Shown here: positions 24,441-37,367 of the stretch, piece after piece
How positions within the stretch are numbered: the stretch's first letter is position 1
Layout of the letters: the number at the start of each line of letters is the position of its first letter
NCBI GenBank assembly: GCA_003971905.1
Contig: RSEE01000095.1
Coordinates: 1 to 64,000 of the forward strand
Length of the DNA: 64,000 bases
Direction of reading: 5' to 3'
DNA from: Moniliella sp. 'wahieum'
Taxonomy: Eukaryota
Notes under the pieces: model-generated
What the model was told of the DNA's origin: nothing
Databases searched by the model: none
Seen by the model: the letters and a program-made list of their open reading frames with translations, nothing else
Translations under genes and position numbers: made by a program

Positions 24441-27400
24441 TGGCTAGTTCGGCCGCTGTCGAGGATTCCGTGCTCTCTGAGGGAACATCTCGATGCACCT
24501 ATTGAAGTCACAGTTGGGTAAGGACTTGTATGCATGCTCGAGTAGTTCTACTTTGAGGTCTCCCCCAAGAAAGAATTGACTATAGCGATGCCTAGAGAAC
24601 ATAAACGTTTTGGGGGGATATAGCCAAAACCGTTATGGAAGATCCAAGGAGACAAGTGAAGCCGGGATATAAGAGGTCTTGGCCAATTCAAATAACTATA
24701 AGGTTGGAGAAATGGAACCACACGGCCCGTCTATAACTGGTTTCGTTTGTTTCAAAGCCAGCAGTGCGTACCGTAAACACACACACCAAACAGCTCCTTC
24801 CTCATGGACCTAACCCCCATTTTGTTACATCAGTTAGAAGACACTGAAAACTACGACTGCAGCCACAATAATATGGGGTTTTGGTCGGCATTCACCCCAT
24901 AACCACCGGGGCTAGGTGTGTACGGGCCTTTGCGTCAGCAGAGTCATCCTGGACCCAACAGAGGGAGTGGACAAAACCAGTCATCCACGGTGTCGATGCA
25001 ATGAAATTCCTGACGTGGAATAGCCGAGAAGTTCAAAGCCTAAGTAGTAGTGACCGCCACGGCCACCATAAGGTGTCCACCCCCCTCGGTGGCAGGATAT
25101 ACCGGCTGTCTGATGACATTCTACGCGTCCGGGGGATTTGGGCGGAAGGCGAATTTTTCGGCAAGGGATGTACTCAGGCCAACGCCGACGGGTCACTTCT
25201 TGCTCGGTCAACTAAGGGGCGCGCCAGCGAGACTTAAGCCCACTTCAAATTACCACTAGCATCGTTCCCCATCATTTTGAGTGGGGTCCATCTCCCCCGC
25301 GACCCTGAGATCATACTAAATGCGTTGCTAACGGGCTAAACCGGTCTGCAGCAGGTACTTCATTAGGAACAGTTAGGACGAACCACAGCCCAGGACCGCC
25401 CGCGGTTCGACCATCAGAAGTCTGCGTAGCACCATACAGAGGGAGGCAAGCATATCTGCGTAGTCGCGTCACCAAAATGCTGATACAAACGGAGCATCCA
25501 ATGGCTGTAATGGACAAGGACCAACGCTAAGGGCTTTTACGAAGTAGAGACAGCTGAGTCGAGATGCTCGGTTGCGGAGGGAGGGTGTTGGGATTCAGAC
25601 CCAAGCAGGCAAGAGGATGAAAGAGCTTCATAAGAACCCCTGCCTCTTGCGTAGTCATGATTTGACTAGGGAGTACTACTAGAGGAGGTAGTGTGCATAT
25701 CGAATTGGACGAGGACCACCCAAATAAGTCAACAAGAAAGACGCGTAAAGACGCGTTGAAACGAGGCGAATAAAAACATCACAACGTAAGCAGGATAAGG
25801 AGCCATCCTACAATACCTGTTGAACCCATGGCTCAGGAGGCTTCATACCGCCATATCCTCTAAGCAAGAGTATTTTGCCGCGAGATGAACTGGACACCTC
25901 GTTATACATCCAACTGTTGGCCCACATGTATGCTTCCTCGTTGCCTTCCGCACCAGCCTTCCATTTACACATCCTTTGATCTTCTCGCCGATGGTATGGA
26001 CCCGTGCAGGCTGAAACGGGATTCACAAGCACACAGGGTGCTCGAACGGATGTATACAACGTGTCCTTCTTGACGGGGATGGAACTTTTTTGCATTCCCG
26101 AGAATACTATCCGTGCTGTTACAATTGCTTCAATCATATGCCAATGAGAATCCGAGGTATGGATTGCATCATCGGGTTCTGACATAAGCTGTTCTTCGAG
26201 AAATACCACAAGGAAATAATGACGAGATTGATCTACGGATCTCGACAAGAAAACGTTTTCAGTAACAGGATGATTTTGTATTAGAATTGTCTAGTGGTAC
26301 TCATAGTCCATGCTTAATCCAGGAAAGATATCCTCTATGGTCACGTATGGTCACATATCTAACTTGTTCGAGCGAGATGACAGTCAAATGAGTATGCAAC
26401 TCTGACAGATTGAGATATGTTGCGCGGCCGAAAGAAGACGTGGGTTTTATGGTCCATTTCTCTTCTCCATGATTCCGGGCCATGCGACAAAAAATGTTGA
26501 GTCTTATGTCGATGATGAAATGCCTCACTTCTGATGCACAATTTGGGAACTCTCTCCGCAAAAAGCGCGGAGCCTTTTTAAATTGGGACCCCCCCCCAAG
26601 TTGATAAGTAATACAACTGTATTTCTGTTTCCAATGCGTGCAAATGAGGCACAGGAATATGAAGAAGTGCAACAACGTTGTGTCAGTGAACATGTGTTAA
26701 TTGATCATACTAAGCGGTTAATGAACCAATTTCGAGACTTCCTGGGCAGATTAGCGCCAGCTTGATTGCCATTTGGCCTTGACATTGTCAGGATGAATAC
26801 GATACCGAAGAAGATAGTGCATACAAGCCCCCACATTTCGCAGGCATTTACTATCCCAATGGCAACTGTGGCACCTTTGAAGAAAAGGTTAGGCTTAGAA
26901 ATGGAATCACGTTAACATTTGCGATGGAGATCGAACCCTTCATTCAGTGCGATGTATTCTTCTTGATCATAGGAAACATTGATCGGTTCTGGCGGTATAT
27001 TGCTGTTGCGAAATCAGCAACAATATGGTCGCCTTACGAACTGGACCCCTCAGTACCTCAAGAGGTTATAGTTGCAAATATGAGTGATGCGTCCACGGCC
27101 ATCTGTAAACCTAACGTTCCCTTCATGTTTCCGGCCTGGCAATTCTGTACATGTCGGCGGCAGCGGTCGCTCAAATGTTTAATCACTCAGGTAACAAGGG
27201 CAAATGATCTTATTTCGAACGTGGGGCCAGTCTACAGATCAGAACCATGACACATGTATCAAGCCGACCGTACATCACCTTGGATACGTTTCCATCAATC
27301 ATTACCTTATTCTCTCCCCCTGACGAGCATCATTTCTTGGAATAGCACTTCCATCTTCTCCGCTTTCTTGCTGTAGTCATGTTGCTTTCTACGTCACCTT

Positions 27401-27874
27401 TCCGGTCGCCTTCAATTACCACCTACCCTCTTGTTGCATCGCATTCGTCGCTTTGCTACCCAAGCCGTCCTCTCGATTAAGAACCGTCGGGTAGTCGGTC
27501 GTCAACCACAGTAGCTCAGTTCCGATCATGTTCTGGCTGTATATCAATCTTGATTCATCATTGGTATGTCCTCCTCACTGAAGAGGAAGCACTATGAAAC
27601 TGTTGATCGGGCCCGGGTCCTGAGTCCAACCCAGGCTACTAACAGTTCTTGCGTTGCGTTTCGTCTACGCCGCGACTGTCTCTGATATTACTAAACTTCT
27701 CTGCCACTTCAACTTTGACAAAGACCTTGCTTCCCCCATTCCCCCCCTGCCCCTTGTCTTTTGGCTGCATTCGATGGTGCTAGAATGAGTAGTAGTATAA
27801 AATATAATACCAATGGTAACCCAGGAAGAGCGAGCATATAGGAGGATCAGATTCGTCAGACACGTCGCCCATGG

Positions 27875-28000
27875 ACACGTCAATGACGTTTCTGACGTTC
27901 AAGGGGGTGACGTCGGCGACATCACTGACCTGCAGGGGATGACATCGAGGACATATCTGACGTTCAGGTGTGACATCGACGACGTCACTGACCTGCAGCG
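27875..28000. repeat. ~33-bp-unit degenerate minisatellite (four units) with codon-like periodicity
   Basis: Units of the form gacRtcNNNgacRtYWctgacSTKcaR recur about every 31-33 nt. Confidence 0.7.
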
Positions 28001-28249
28001 CGCTGACAGAATTGCCTCACCTGCGGCAAATTACTCATCTGACATTTTGAAGGTATTTCATATCATAACATAAATGATGTCTTTTCGTGATCCGTGTATA
28101 AAGCTTGAAAACTATATTATTTTTGATATCGTCAGACTCCATGGGTTCTTGGCTCGGTATCGACTTGCTGATCGCCAGTATGAGTATGAAAGGGAGGAAA
28201 AAAAGATTGAGAGTGGCATCGGTGTTGGGCTTTTAATAGAGAAGGTTCG

Positions 28250-28960
28250 AGGACGTCATGGTCGTGCGCCGGACAGGAGCCGGTCCCATAGTTTAAGGGC
28301 GCTTTCCCTTGGAGATGGAGAAACCATTCACGGTTGATCGAACCCGAACACTACCGCGGGGCCTAAACGGGACTAGAAACGAGGTGAGGCATCTCATTAG
28401 GCCGTCATCTCGCGTGGCAGCGTTGAGCATACACCGGAACGAGTAGGACTTGGGCGTCCAGCCTGTAGTCCGTGGTCCTGAAATAGAAAGTTAACACAGG
28501 CAACAACAAGCAAAGACAGGGTAGGTCAGGCTCTGTGGTCAGAACAACTCACCTCTCGGTCGTAGGATCGCCGCAGATTGAATCCATACAAAGACTGGAA
28601 GCTAGAGATCGAGGTCGAGACCCCAATGGATGCCCGGTCGAAAGGATACAGAGAAAAACCAAGAGGCGGTCTCTGGAAACAAGTCGGTAGGACTGCTGGT
28701 GAACTAGGAGTAACGCAGACGTTGCCTGGTGGGTCAAAAGCGGCGGATGAGTAAATGTTGTTACAAAAATTGACTAGTAGGGGAAAAAAAAACATAATGG
28801 ATCAAGAGGTGGCTATGCAAAAGCGACTTCATCGTCGCCCCAGAAGTGCCCAGGAAGTGATCTCGGTGGTGAGAACTCATCCTTATAGACTTGATGTTCG
28901 CGGCTTCGAGGATAACAGTGCGCAAGCCCATCCAACCCTCAGCTTCAGGTACTCGGGGGA
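28250..28960 (-). mobile_element. decayed Copia-family fragment in inverted orientation (RT/RNase H junction joined to gag-proximal sequence)
   Basis: The reverse complement aligns by eye with 58120-58650 (17-nt ttcaggaccacggacta at 58450-58466 vs 28466-28482) and with 30700-30860 (19-nt ggggcgacgatgaagtcgc at 30826-30844 vs 28823-28841). Confidence 0.65.
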
Positions 28961-29214
28961 TAGTGTGTGCGGTGAGCATATCGTCCTGTGTTGAGCCATG
29001 GGGTGGCTCGTGCTTTGGCCAATGTCCCTTCAGTTCCTGAGTCCTCAGGCCTGGCAGTTCCGTTGTTTTCTCTTTCCTGTTTTTCCTGGTTCTCTGCAGC
29101 TTAGCCCCGGTGGTGACTCACTGCTTGATGTTCCTCTGTAGGCGTTGCTGGTTAGCTTAGACCACCCCACCAGTGCGATTGCATCACCCTCGAGGAACAT
29201 CAGTACTCCAGGTC

Positions 29215-29649
29215 TCATCCTGGGCGTTTATAAATGTTGTAGCCCAGATAGCAGAAAGCGGGTTTAGTATTTGGGTTCACAGCATGTCCTGCTAGAAGGG
29301 TGTTGACAGTGCTTGTCCATTTCTCGACCTCATCGAGAGAATCGGAAGGGCATGGGGCGCTCCCTGAAGTATCGCAGTGCGGCGACGTCGCCCTAATGAC
29401 ACTGAGTGCCCCCCTGTGCTTCGTCGGGTAGGTCGTACGCAATGCGGGGGCGTCGGGCACGCGGACGGCTTGCAGGAGGAGGAGCTTCGGATTGTCTTCG
29501 GGGCACTGCAGCAGGGACGCGTCCTGTTGCGCGCACCATTCGAAGAGGGCGGACTTGTTTGCCCAGGTGGCCGGGTCTGCATTTGCGATGGCGATGGCCT
29601 GCAGCTGCAGGACGGTAAAAGGCAGCTCCAAAATGTGCGAGGCAGGCAT
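29215..29649 (-). CDS. hypothetical protein (orphan ORF MPASHILELPF...; may continue by frameshift to about 29040)
   Basis: GC-rich, non-repetitive 144-codon ORF from the ATG at 29649, inside an otherwise decayed lower-GC tract. No family recognised. Confidence 0.4.
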   Translation of the reverse strand: MPASHILELPFTVLQLQAIAIANADPATWANKSALFEWCAQQDASLLQCPEDNPKLLLLQAVRVPDAPALRTTYPTKHRGALSVIRATSPHCDTSGSAPCPSDSLDEVEKWTSTVNTLLAGHAVNPNTKPAFCYLGYNIYKRPG

Positions 29650-30429
29650 AGTAGTAGCGGGAGCGGGAAAAGGACGGGGGGGGGGGGGGGGGGGCCTTGT
29701 ACTAAGAAGGCTCTCATTCAACGGTATCAATCAGCGGAAATGTGGTTAACGAGTAGCCCTAAGAGCGTGGCGGTGACAAAGAGACAGGCAACTAGCACAG
29801 AAAGAGAGGGGGAAAAATGAAGGGGGCTGCGCGCGCACGCCAGGCAGAGCAGGCTGACTTGCCCCGGCACGGATGCGGTATGGCCCCAGCTAGTATGCAA
29901 GCAAAATCATCCCTTCCACGCCACAACAGTACAAACTAATCTGGCATATACACCGGCATGGGCTGGGGTACGAATGTCAATTATACTAGACCTTCATCAG
30001 TGCTATTATACTACGGATTCGCAGAAAGGATATACGGACGCGAATATTTTGTCTTCTCCTGATAAGCCAGCCCCTATGATGAGGGAAATGCCGCTGTTCC
30101 TTACTATATAGTACTACATGCTTTCGTTAGCGGCAAAGGCCATTTCGGAGGTTGCTGATGCGTATCTTTGTCATTTCTACGAGAGGAGCTGCGTTGCCTG
30201 GAACACAGGGGGTCTCAGAGTTGATGCTGTAGTAGTTCAATGGTTATAAGTAAAGCGTTCCAAATGCGGAACGGAAGAGCTTTGAGAGAGGATGGCGGTG
30301 TTTTAACCACCCTTTTCCTTCTCGGCGCCAGAAATAAGGAATAGCATCCGTCTGGAGGGAACAGTAATAGAGCGGAGTTGGAGGACTTCGACCGAGGCGG
30401 GAATGTCTTCATCAGGAACAACTTACAGC

Positions 30430-31620
30430 ATATTGTGCAGCTAACTGGGGATAGAGGTGGTAAATCCATAACATTCACTACGTCGCGTTCCCTCAAAAGT
30501 GATGCTCCCATTCACAAGAAGGGAGGAAGAAGAAAATAAGAACACTGCTGTTGCTGTATAGTGCCACTGGTCGCATGTCACCAGTGTAGCACTTCATTCG
30601 CACAACAAACGTTAAGTAAATCCATGCCTTCCTACTGTATCGAAACAGAGACCATATGCTGTCATCGATCATGCAACAATGATCAAGTCCTTTCGTGCGG
30701 CTGAGGGTGACCCGTGCGTGAGTTTCGGGGCTCCTAATTCGATGCTACTTCAATTATAAGTAGAACATCAAATTCTATAAGGAGGACTCGGCTCGCCGCC
30801 AAGATCACTGACGCAGCACTGTCGCGGGGCGACGATGAAGTCGCCTTTTGCATGGCTACCTTCACTCCCTTATCGTCGCTCTCACTTATCGGTTTCTTCC
30901 CTATCACTACTCAAGTTTCTATCTTTCGCTATTGCTTGCAATCGTGACTCGTATTCTCGGTCTTCCTACAAAACCCACAAAACAACCGTCACTTTTCTCC
31001 GCCCGCGCTCGTCTAAAAGTCAAAGACTACGCATAGGTTCGATTGGGTTACTCGTCTCATTTCTGGTCTCAGGTTCGCTTTGCCCTTGACTTGAGCCTCG
31101 TCTCTCACTTGTGCCTCTTGTGCTTGGTCCTCAATTCCTATACTCTTGAGTCGTTTCCCCTTTTCGCTATAGACCTGTTGGTCTTTTCTATGATCCCCTT
31201 CTCTTCTATAAAACCAGCCTGTTCTTCGATTCAATTGTGATGGCCCAAAGAAGCCGCCCACGATTCTTTTCCCCTCATCCTTGTCCTAGGAAAAAAAAAT
31301 CCGTTCTAGAAGAACCTCATCTTCGATCAGCAGCTTCGCTTGCCCTCCCTTGCCCGTCGGAGCTCCCCGCTTTCTCGCCCAGTCCCTAAAGTGCAACCTC
31401 CCTTGCAGACACTGCCTGGCTCTTCCCGACGAACAGCAATAAAGCATTACTTGTCCCCTCCTACGTTCACGCCAGGGTTCCTTGGACTTTGGATCTGAAA
31501 CGTGTTCAGTCCTTCGTGAGTTTCCAATGGGCAAGGAAGGTGTCTCCGCCTGGAAAAGCATTCATCCCCGTTACAGCAACCACTATTGCACCATTACGGA
31601 TCGAAGTCTCCCGCTGCGGC
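30430..31620 (+). mobile_element. decayed Ty1/Copia LTR-gag-protease relic
   Basis: Homologous to about 50880-51600 (identical 22-mer cttggactttggatctgaaacg at 31481 and 51481). LDFGS resembles the Copia protease LDSGA motif and follows a CxxC knuckle-like remnant (CRHC...C). A 26-mer is shared with 24375-24400. Confidence 0.6.
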
Positions 31621-32169
31621 TGGTATCACTCTACCGAGACTTGCTTGACTCTGCGCACGAAGGCATCATCCGCCGCAACGCCGAGACGCTGCCCTGCCCG
31701 AGATTCACCGCAGCATGCTCGAGCGCGATGTTGACGCCGACTGGAGCACCTGTGGAATACGGCTCTTTGCCGAAAGGTAAACCTCCTGTAACGCAGGGCC
31801 AGCTCTTTTCCCTACAGCCGCCCAACCTGCTCCGCCCCCTCCGTCTACCCGCAGGCCGCCTTCATCTTAGACACGACGTAACACGCGCGACGCCCGCCGT
31901 TGGCGCGAACAACGCGCCAAACAAAACGCCGCCTCAATAGAAGTGCCCAAGGCCCAAATTTTAAGAGGGCCGCTACCCGAGTCTTGCTCAAAATGGCGTT
32001 CCCCTCATCGAGGCCCTACTACAACTCGTCCTAAAGGATTAGTTTTCCCTGAGCAGACCGTAGTATCGGCCGATAAATTTCCTCCATCTTCCTCTACTGC
32101 ACTGCCGTTGGTTTGGCGCATACCGTAATCTCGTCGCTCGGCACCGTTGCTACTGTGCCTATCGCGGAT

Positions 32170-32440
32170 GAAAAAAACCGCGGGCAGCGCCATCGTGGAC
32201 ATGGGTGCATCTGTCAACATCTCATCTGCAGCGCCTGGGTGCCCCCAGAAACAAAGATTGACGCCTCGGCATCGATTGCTCTCGATAGCGTCGCCCCTGG
32301 TCTGAGCCACACGCTGGGTACAGCCCGTCTCATCATCAGGTTGGGCTCCCGCGTCTTCGCCGAAGACATGTTCAGTGTTATCGAGCACCGTAAGCTGATG
32401 ATGCTGCTAGGGTTCCCTTTTCTCCAACAGAGGACTGAAG
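32170..32440 (+). mobile_element. retropepsin (Ty3/Gypsy-type aspartic protease) relic
   Basis: SAIVDMGASVNI (degenerate D[ST]GA catalytic motif), then after a frameshift MMLLGFPFL (ILGxxFL C-terminal motif). Confidence 0.55.
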
Positions 32441-35129
32441 CCACCCATTTCCACATCCCTGAACGGCTTGGTTCGTCCATTCCGTCTTCGTCGGTTACAT
32501 GAAAGCATAGGGGCCCTCCTCCCCGCTTCGCTCCGACACACGCCTGCGTACTTGGTCCATGCAGGAGTCGCACCTGGCCTTTTCCGATCTGAAAAAAGCG
32601 GACGAATATGCGCGCGCCGCGAAGTTGTACCTTACTTGGGATGAGACATCTTCAAGCGGGAAAGGCTCTGAGAGCCCAGAATTCCGGGAAGGCAGGTTCT
32701 GCCCCCGGTAAACCAGTAATCTTGCTATGACGTCGGTCAGCGGCTAGCGGTTGAAAAATCTCCTTGCTCTTTCTTGGCATTTGGAAGAGATGTGACATGC
32801 GCTACTGGTCAAAACATCACGAATGGGATGGGTTCCATGGTATCAATCGCGTAACGCCACCTCCGTTGTGGGTAAGAAGGGGGAAGCTTGGAGGTTGCCC
32901 GAACAGTATATGCCCTTTGTGAAAAATGTCCCCCGAAACTGTCGATCTAAGGCCGTTAAGCTTTAAGGTTATATGTTAACTTTGGTCATTGTAAAGAGCA
33001 AAGTCACTAGGCACTAATTACTCTGAATTAATGACTTTTGGGCTCTCACCACGCCTTCACAATTTGATCTCCATCTCCATCATTTGCTGTTCTTTGTCCT
33101 TTCTTCTTTAAGGCATGCGCTAGCAAGAGCCTGAGACCGAATATCGTCTGGCGGCAGATATGGTAGAGGAGAAGGATTGAATGCAGCAATCATTATAATC
33201 GGGTCTCAAGAAGTTTCAAGAGGGCAGTAGCATGTAATACAAGCTGATATTGCAGGAGGAAAAAGGCCCCCGGGAGAGGTAGCTGTTTGCGATCTATCTC
33301 CTCTGATCGATCTGATCTCTTTTGCCGGACAGACCTTCTGGCATTCTTCCTCCGTTGGATATCCTGGCTCTCTTCTTCCTCGCATCGATCGGTTGCGCCC
33401 ATCTTGCCTTCTCTATCCCTCCTGTATTTTGTCTGGAAAAATGGCAATCATTAATCACCACGGCATGATCCATTGCATGTGATGCATGTGATGTGGCATG
33501 TCTTCACTGTGACGGGTGACTCTGGGGCCGAGTAGTTAGGCTTGGGCTGTAGGACTGAGTACTGACAGACTGATGGACTCGCGCAGAAACAAATCCATGG
33601 CTCGATTATCGATTACGATTATCGATCATCGATAGCGCTAACCAGTGCATGACGTGGTTCAAGTTCTTCACACACTGGACCTGTGCTTGTGAACCGGTGA
33701 TGCATGTGAATGAGACCGTTGATCGTACGTCGATCGATCTATGATTGGCCGGTGCCGGTGATCCCAACGTAATTGAACGTTCAGTTGGACTCGAACCTGC
33801 CCGATAAGGTCATGGCAGAAGCACACCCTAAGGCCCTAACAAGGCGGCGGGGCGACGCAATGGCAAGCATGTGCTTTTTTTCTTGCTCAGTGGCCGCCAC
33901 CGGTCACCGGTGATCTCATCTCTCTCAGATCTCAGGTGTCCCTGTCAGAACCAAGGAAGCCCGCCGCAGTAGGGCACGGTTCACTAGTTCACTAGTCACT
34001 CCAATCAGTCGATCAGACCCGTGAGAATCTGGGAGCATCCTATCCTTCCCGCCACGGCGCCAGACGAGGAGGGCGATCGTCTCGAGAGTCTGCGCGCAGC
34101 CACGATGGTCCGAGGAGGACAGGCCAGGAGCGACCGGATGGAAACGCTGGAAAGGCGGCTGGGCTGGGGTGCACATGGCTCGCCCGGCGCCGCGCGCATC
34201 CCAGCAGTACTTACTGTAGCTGTAGCAGCAGTGTAGTCCAGCGTCTTGTAGCGCTTTGCAGAGGCAGCCTAGTGTAGCTGCACTGCTGATCATCGCGATC
34301 AACAACGATCCACTGCGCCAAGCCACACCCCCGCATCCCGCCAGCCTCGCGGTGAGTTCGATCATCGGTCGTATGCATGCATCAGGCATGGGCAGTGTCC
34401 GCGCACGTGCAGGCACAGTGCGGGGGCAGCTGGGCAGACACGTCCCGCAGCCGCCCCTGTCCAGCTTCAAGCTGGGCCAGAAAACGTCATCGATCATCCG
34501 AACGTTCGCCTCCAAGTTCCAAGCTTCACCGTTGCAGCTCTCCGCAGCCTGCAGGGGCGTCTTGTCAGTCGGCGTCGCGCCACCGCCCCGTGCCTGAGCG
34601 CCGCTTGCACTGCCCCTATGCACATGTGCGCTGCGGCGCGGCATTCCGGGTCCATGCATGTGCATCCGCCGCGGGGAGGCGCGGGGGCACGCCCCGTATC
34701 AGGGTGCACAGCGGCACTGTATGTCGCCTCAGCCAAGCAAGTCGCAGCGATCGCAGACAGACGGACAACCGAACGCACGGGGCCTGTGTGCCCGCCTGCT
34801 GCTGCTCGCTGGGCTCGGCCACGCTTCAGGCTGCAGCTTCAAGCTTCAGGCTTCAAGCTCTCAAGCTTCACGCCCGATAGACGGCAGCACATCTAGCATG
34901 CAGCAGAATCACAGAATTCAGTTCACACACGCACCGCGCCGTGTGCGCTGCCTCGCTTAGCCCGTAGACAGGTCCATTGGGGCCAGTCGCTAGCACCAAG
35001 CACAGCCTCTTGAAGATCCCTCCACTACACCTCCTACTATCACCCCCACCACCACTCCCGTCTCTCTTTGCGACCGGCTGTTTGCTTGCTTGCTCGCCCG
35101 CTTGCTCGCCCGCTTCCGTCCTGCTCGCC

Positions 35130-37367
35130 ATGTCGCGCCCCTATGCCCCCCTGCGGCCAATGCCGTCGCGGCAAGGCAGTGGCCAGTCGGTCTACACCGA
35201 CGCACTCTCCGACGTGACCCCCCCAGCCGATGGCCAGCCCCAACGCTCCAACGCACTCGCCTCCCTCTCCCAGTATCCCGACCATGCCAGTCCCCTCACC
35301 ACCATCGCCAGCCAGAACATCCCATCGCCCATTGACTATCCACCCTCGGCCGCCGGCCATGCCATTGCTCTTTCCCGTCCCCACGACGACGACACTGGCG
35401 CCATCGTGCCTCTGCCCTCGCCCAATGCCTCGGACGCGGACCACAGCCTCTCCCACAGCACCGCAACCGCTACCACCAATGCCCAGCACTTGCCTCACCA
35501 TGATCACCCTGCTGCACCCATGCTCCAGTCCAACATTCCGCCCAGTGCGTCGGGCGCCCAACGTGAAGACGCTTGGGGTGATACACTCGCTTCTCTAGAG
35601 CGCCGGTATCCCACTGCCACTCCCTCGGGTCTTTCGCTTGTATCACACTACCTGCCGGGCAAGAGCACAAAGCTGCATCGTCTGGGCTCTCGTCGCCACC
35701 GCGGCCGCTCACTATACGATGATCAAAACAAATCGTCTGTCCGTTCTCCTCTGGCGCGGCCCCTGTCCCATCTGGTCCCCACCAGTGGTGGTGCTTTCCG
35801 TCGTTCGAGTGCGATCACACCTTCGATTTCGCGCATGAGCCGGTCCCAGGTAAATGGAAACCCTCTCTTCCAGCCCCTGACATTCCTGCTGCCTCGGCTT
35901 TGCACACCCGTAAAGTGGGAGCAGGCCGTGCTGCCTGGGGCCTGATGGCGGAGGCAACGCCGCATTGGGTGCGGGTGGCTATGAAGATGACGATGGTGTC
36001 GACATTGCAACCACCAGGGGGCTACCGCGACTGAACCCGGCAGTGGTGGCCCTGGACTCATCCGTCGTGTGACGGGCCGCCGCCGCAACGGCCAGACTCA
36101 AGCTACCGAAGGGGAACAATTTACCTCAGAACCAATGGAAAAGTACATCGACGATGACGAGGACGATGATGCATCGCTCGACAAGGTTGGAATTTTGCAT
36201 CGTACCTTTGGTGGATTGGTGTGGCGTCTGACAGGGCGTAAGGACAAGATTCAGCCCGCTTCGGTGGAACAAATTTAAATGGGCATTGTTCGCAGGCAAT
36301 TTGCTGCTCACGCTGTATGGAATCGCTGCTTTGGTCGGCACAATCCTCACGTGGACGCGCGTCTGGAGCAAATCAGACAACGTGCTCGTGTCAGCCAGGA
36401 TTGAGTTGATTTGTACGTATTTTTCGACGCTGTCTTTGATTCTGATTTGTTTAATTGACCACCCCACTCCCTCATAACAGTATCGACGGTAGCCGCCACT
36501 CTGTTTTTTGTGCGGCTGTTGTGGGTTGGTGCGGAATCCTACTTAATAACAGGGCTTTTCTTACAGTGTGGAACCTGCTCCTGTGGATCTCATTTGCTTT
36601 TCTTGTTGCACCGGGGTACCTGGCTTACAAGAAGCACACGTTCAACCTAGAGGGTAAGACCAACGAGCTGTGGAGCCGCTCGTTGAATGTGGCCCAAAGG
36701 AGAATAGTCCAGAACACACTGAGCTGCTGCGGGTATTACAACCCCGCGATCGAAGCGTCTGAGACCAATCTATGCTACGCACGCAGTTCTCTGCCCGGGT
36801 GCAAGGGGCGTTTCCTTCGCTTTGAGCGGATGATGTTCCGCTACTTTTACACGGCCGCATTCCCGTGGTTGGGCCGCACCTGTGTCTCGTGGTGTTAGGT
36901 CTGTTGTGCTCCAACCACGTGACCTATCGCTTTGGCAAGGGCATTACCCCGCCTCCATACCAGCTCGATCCTGCGACTGCTCGGACCATTAAGGACGACT
37001 TCCTTTCCCAGTTGGCCCAGATCTATTCGCCCGAGCTTGTGCGGCAAGTGCTGGAGGCACAACGGCGCAATGTGGTCCGCAAGCAACGCATGGTCCCCGG
37101 AACCCCGGGGAGCAAGCACCGCTCGTTCCTGTACCTCCCCGGCACCCCTACTGCTAGTGGTACAGCGGCCCACACCATGGCTGCCTCCATCGTGCGGACT
37201 CCGGGGGGGCACACTGTTCCCTCCGCTTCGCTCCTGGCCGTCCCCGGCACCGAGCTTCTTCCCCCGACCGGCAGGCCCTATTTGGTGCCGGCATGCGGGT
37301 GGACGACTCTGACTCGTCTCTCGGGTCCGAGCAACTGGCCAGGATGGTTCCTACCCTTTCACACTAG
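35130..37367 (+). CDS. fungal tetraspanin, Tsp2 family; indels; end approximate
   Basis: RWNKFKWALFAGNLLLTLYGIAAL, intron 36413-36480, GILLNNRAFL, PGYLAYKKHTFNLEGK, CCGYY, CYARSSLPGCK and LLCSNHVTYRFGKG. Confidence 0.9.

Noticed and set aside
30077..30158. Box C/D snoRNA (ATGATGA...CTGA about 80 nt apart)
   Set aside because: There is no clear terminal stem or convincing rRNA antisense element, it lies in a decayed repeat tract, and the boxes are short enough to occur by chance.
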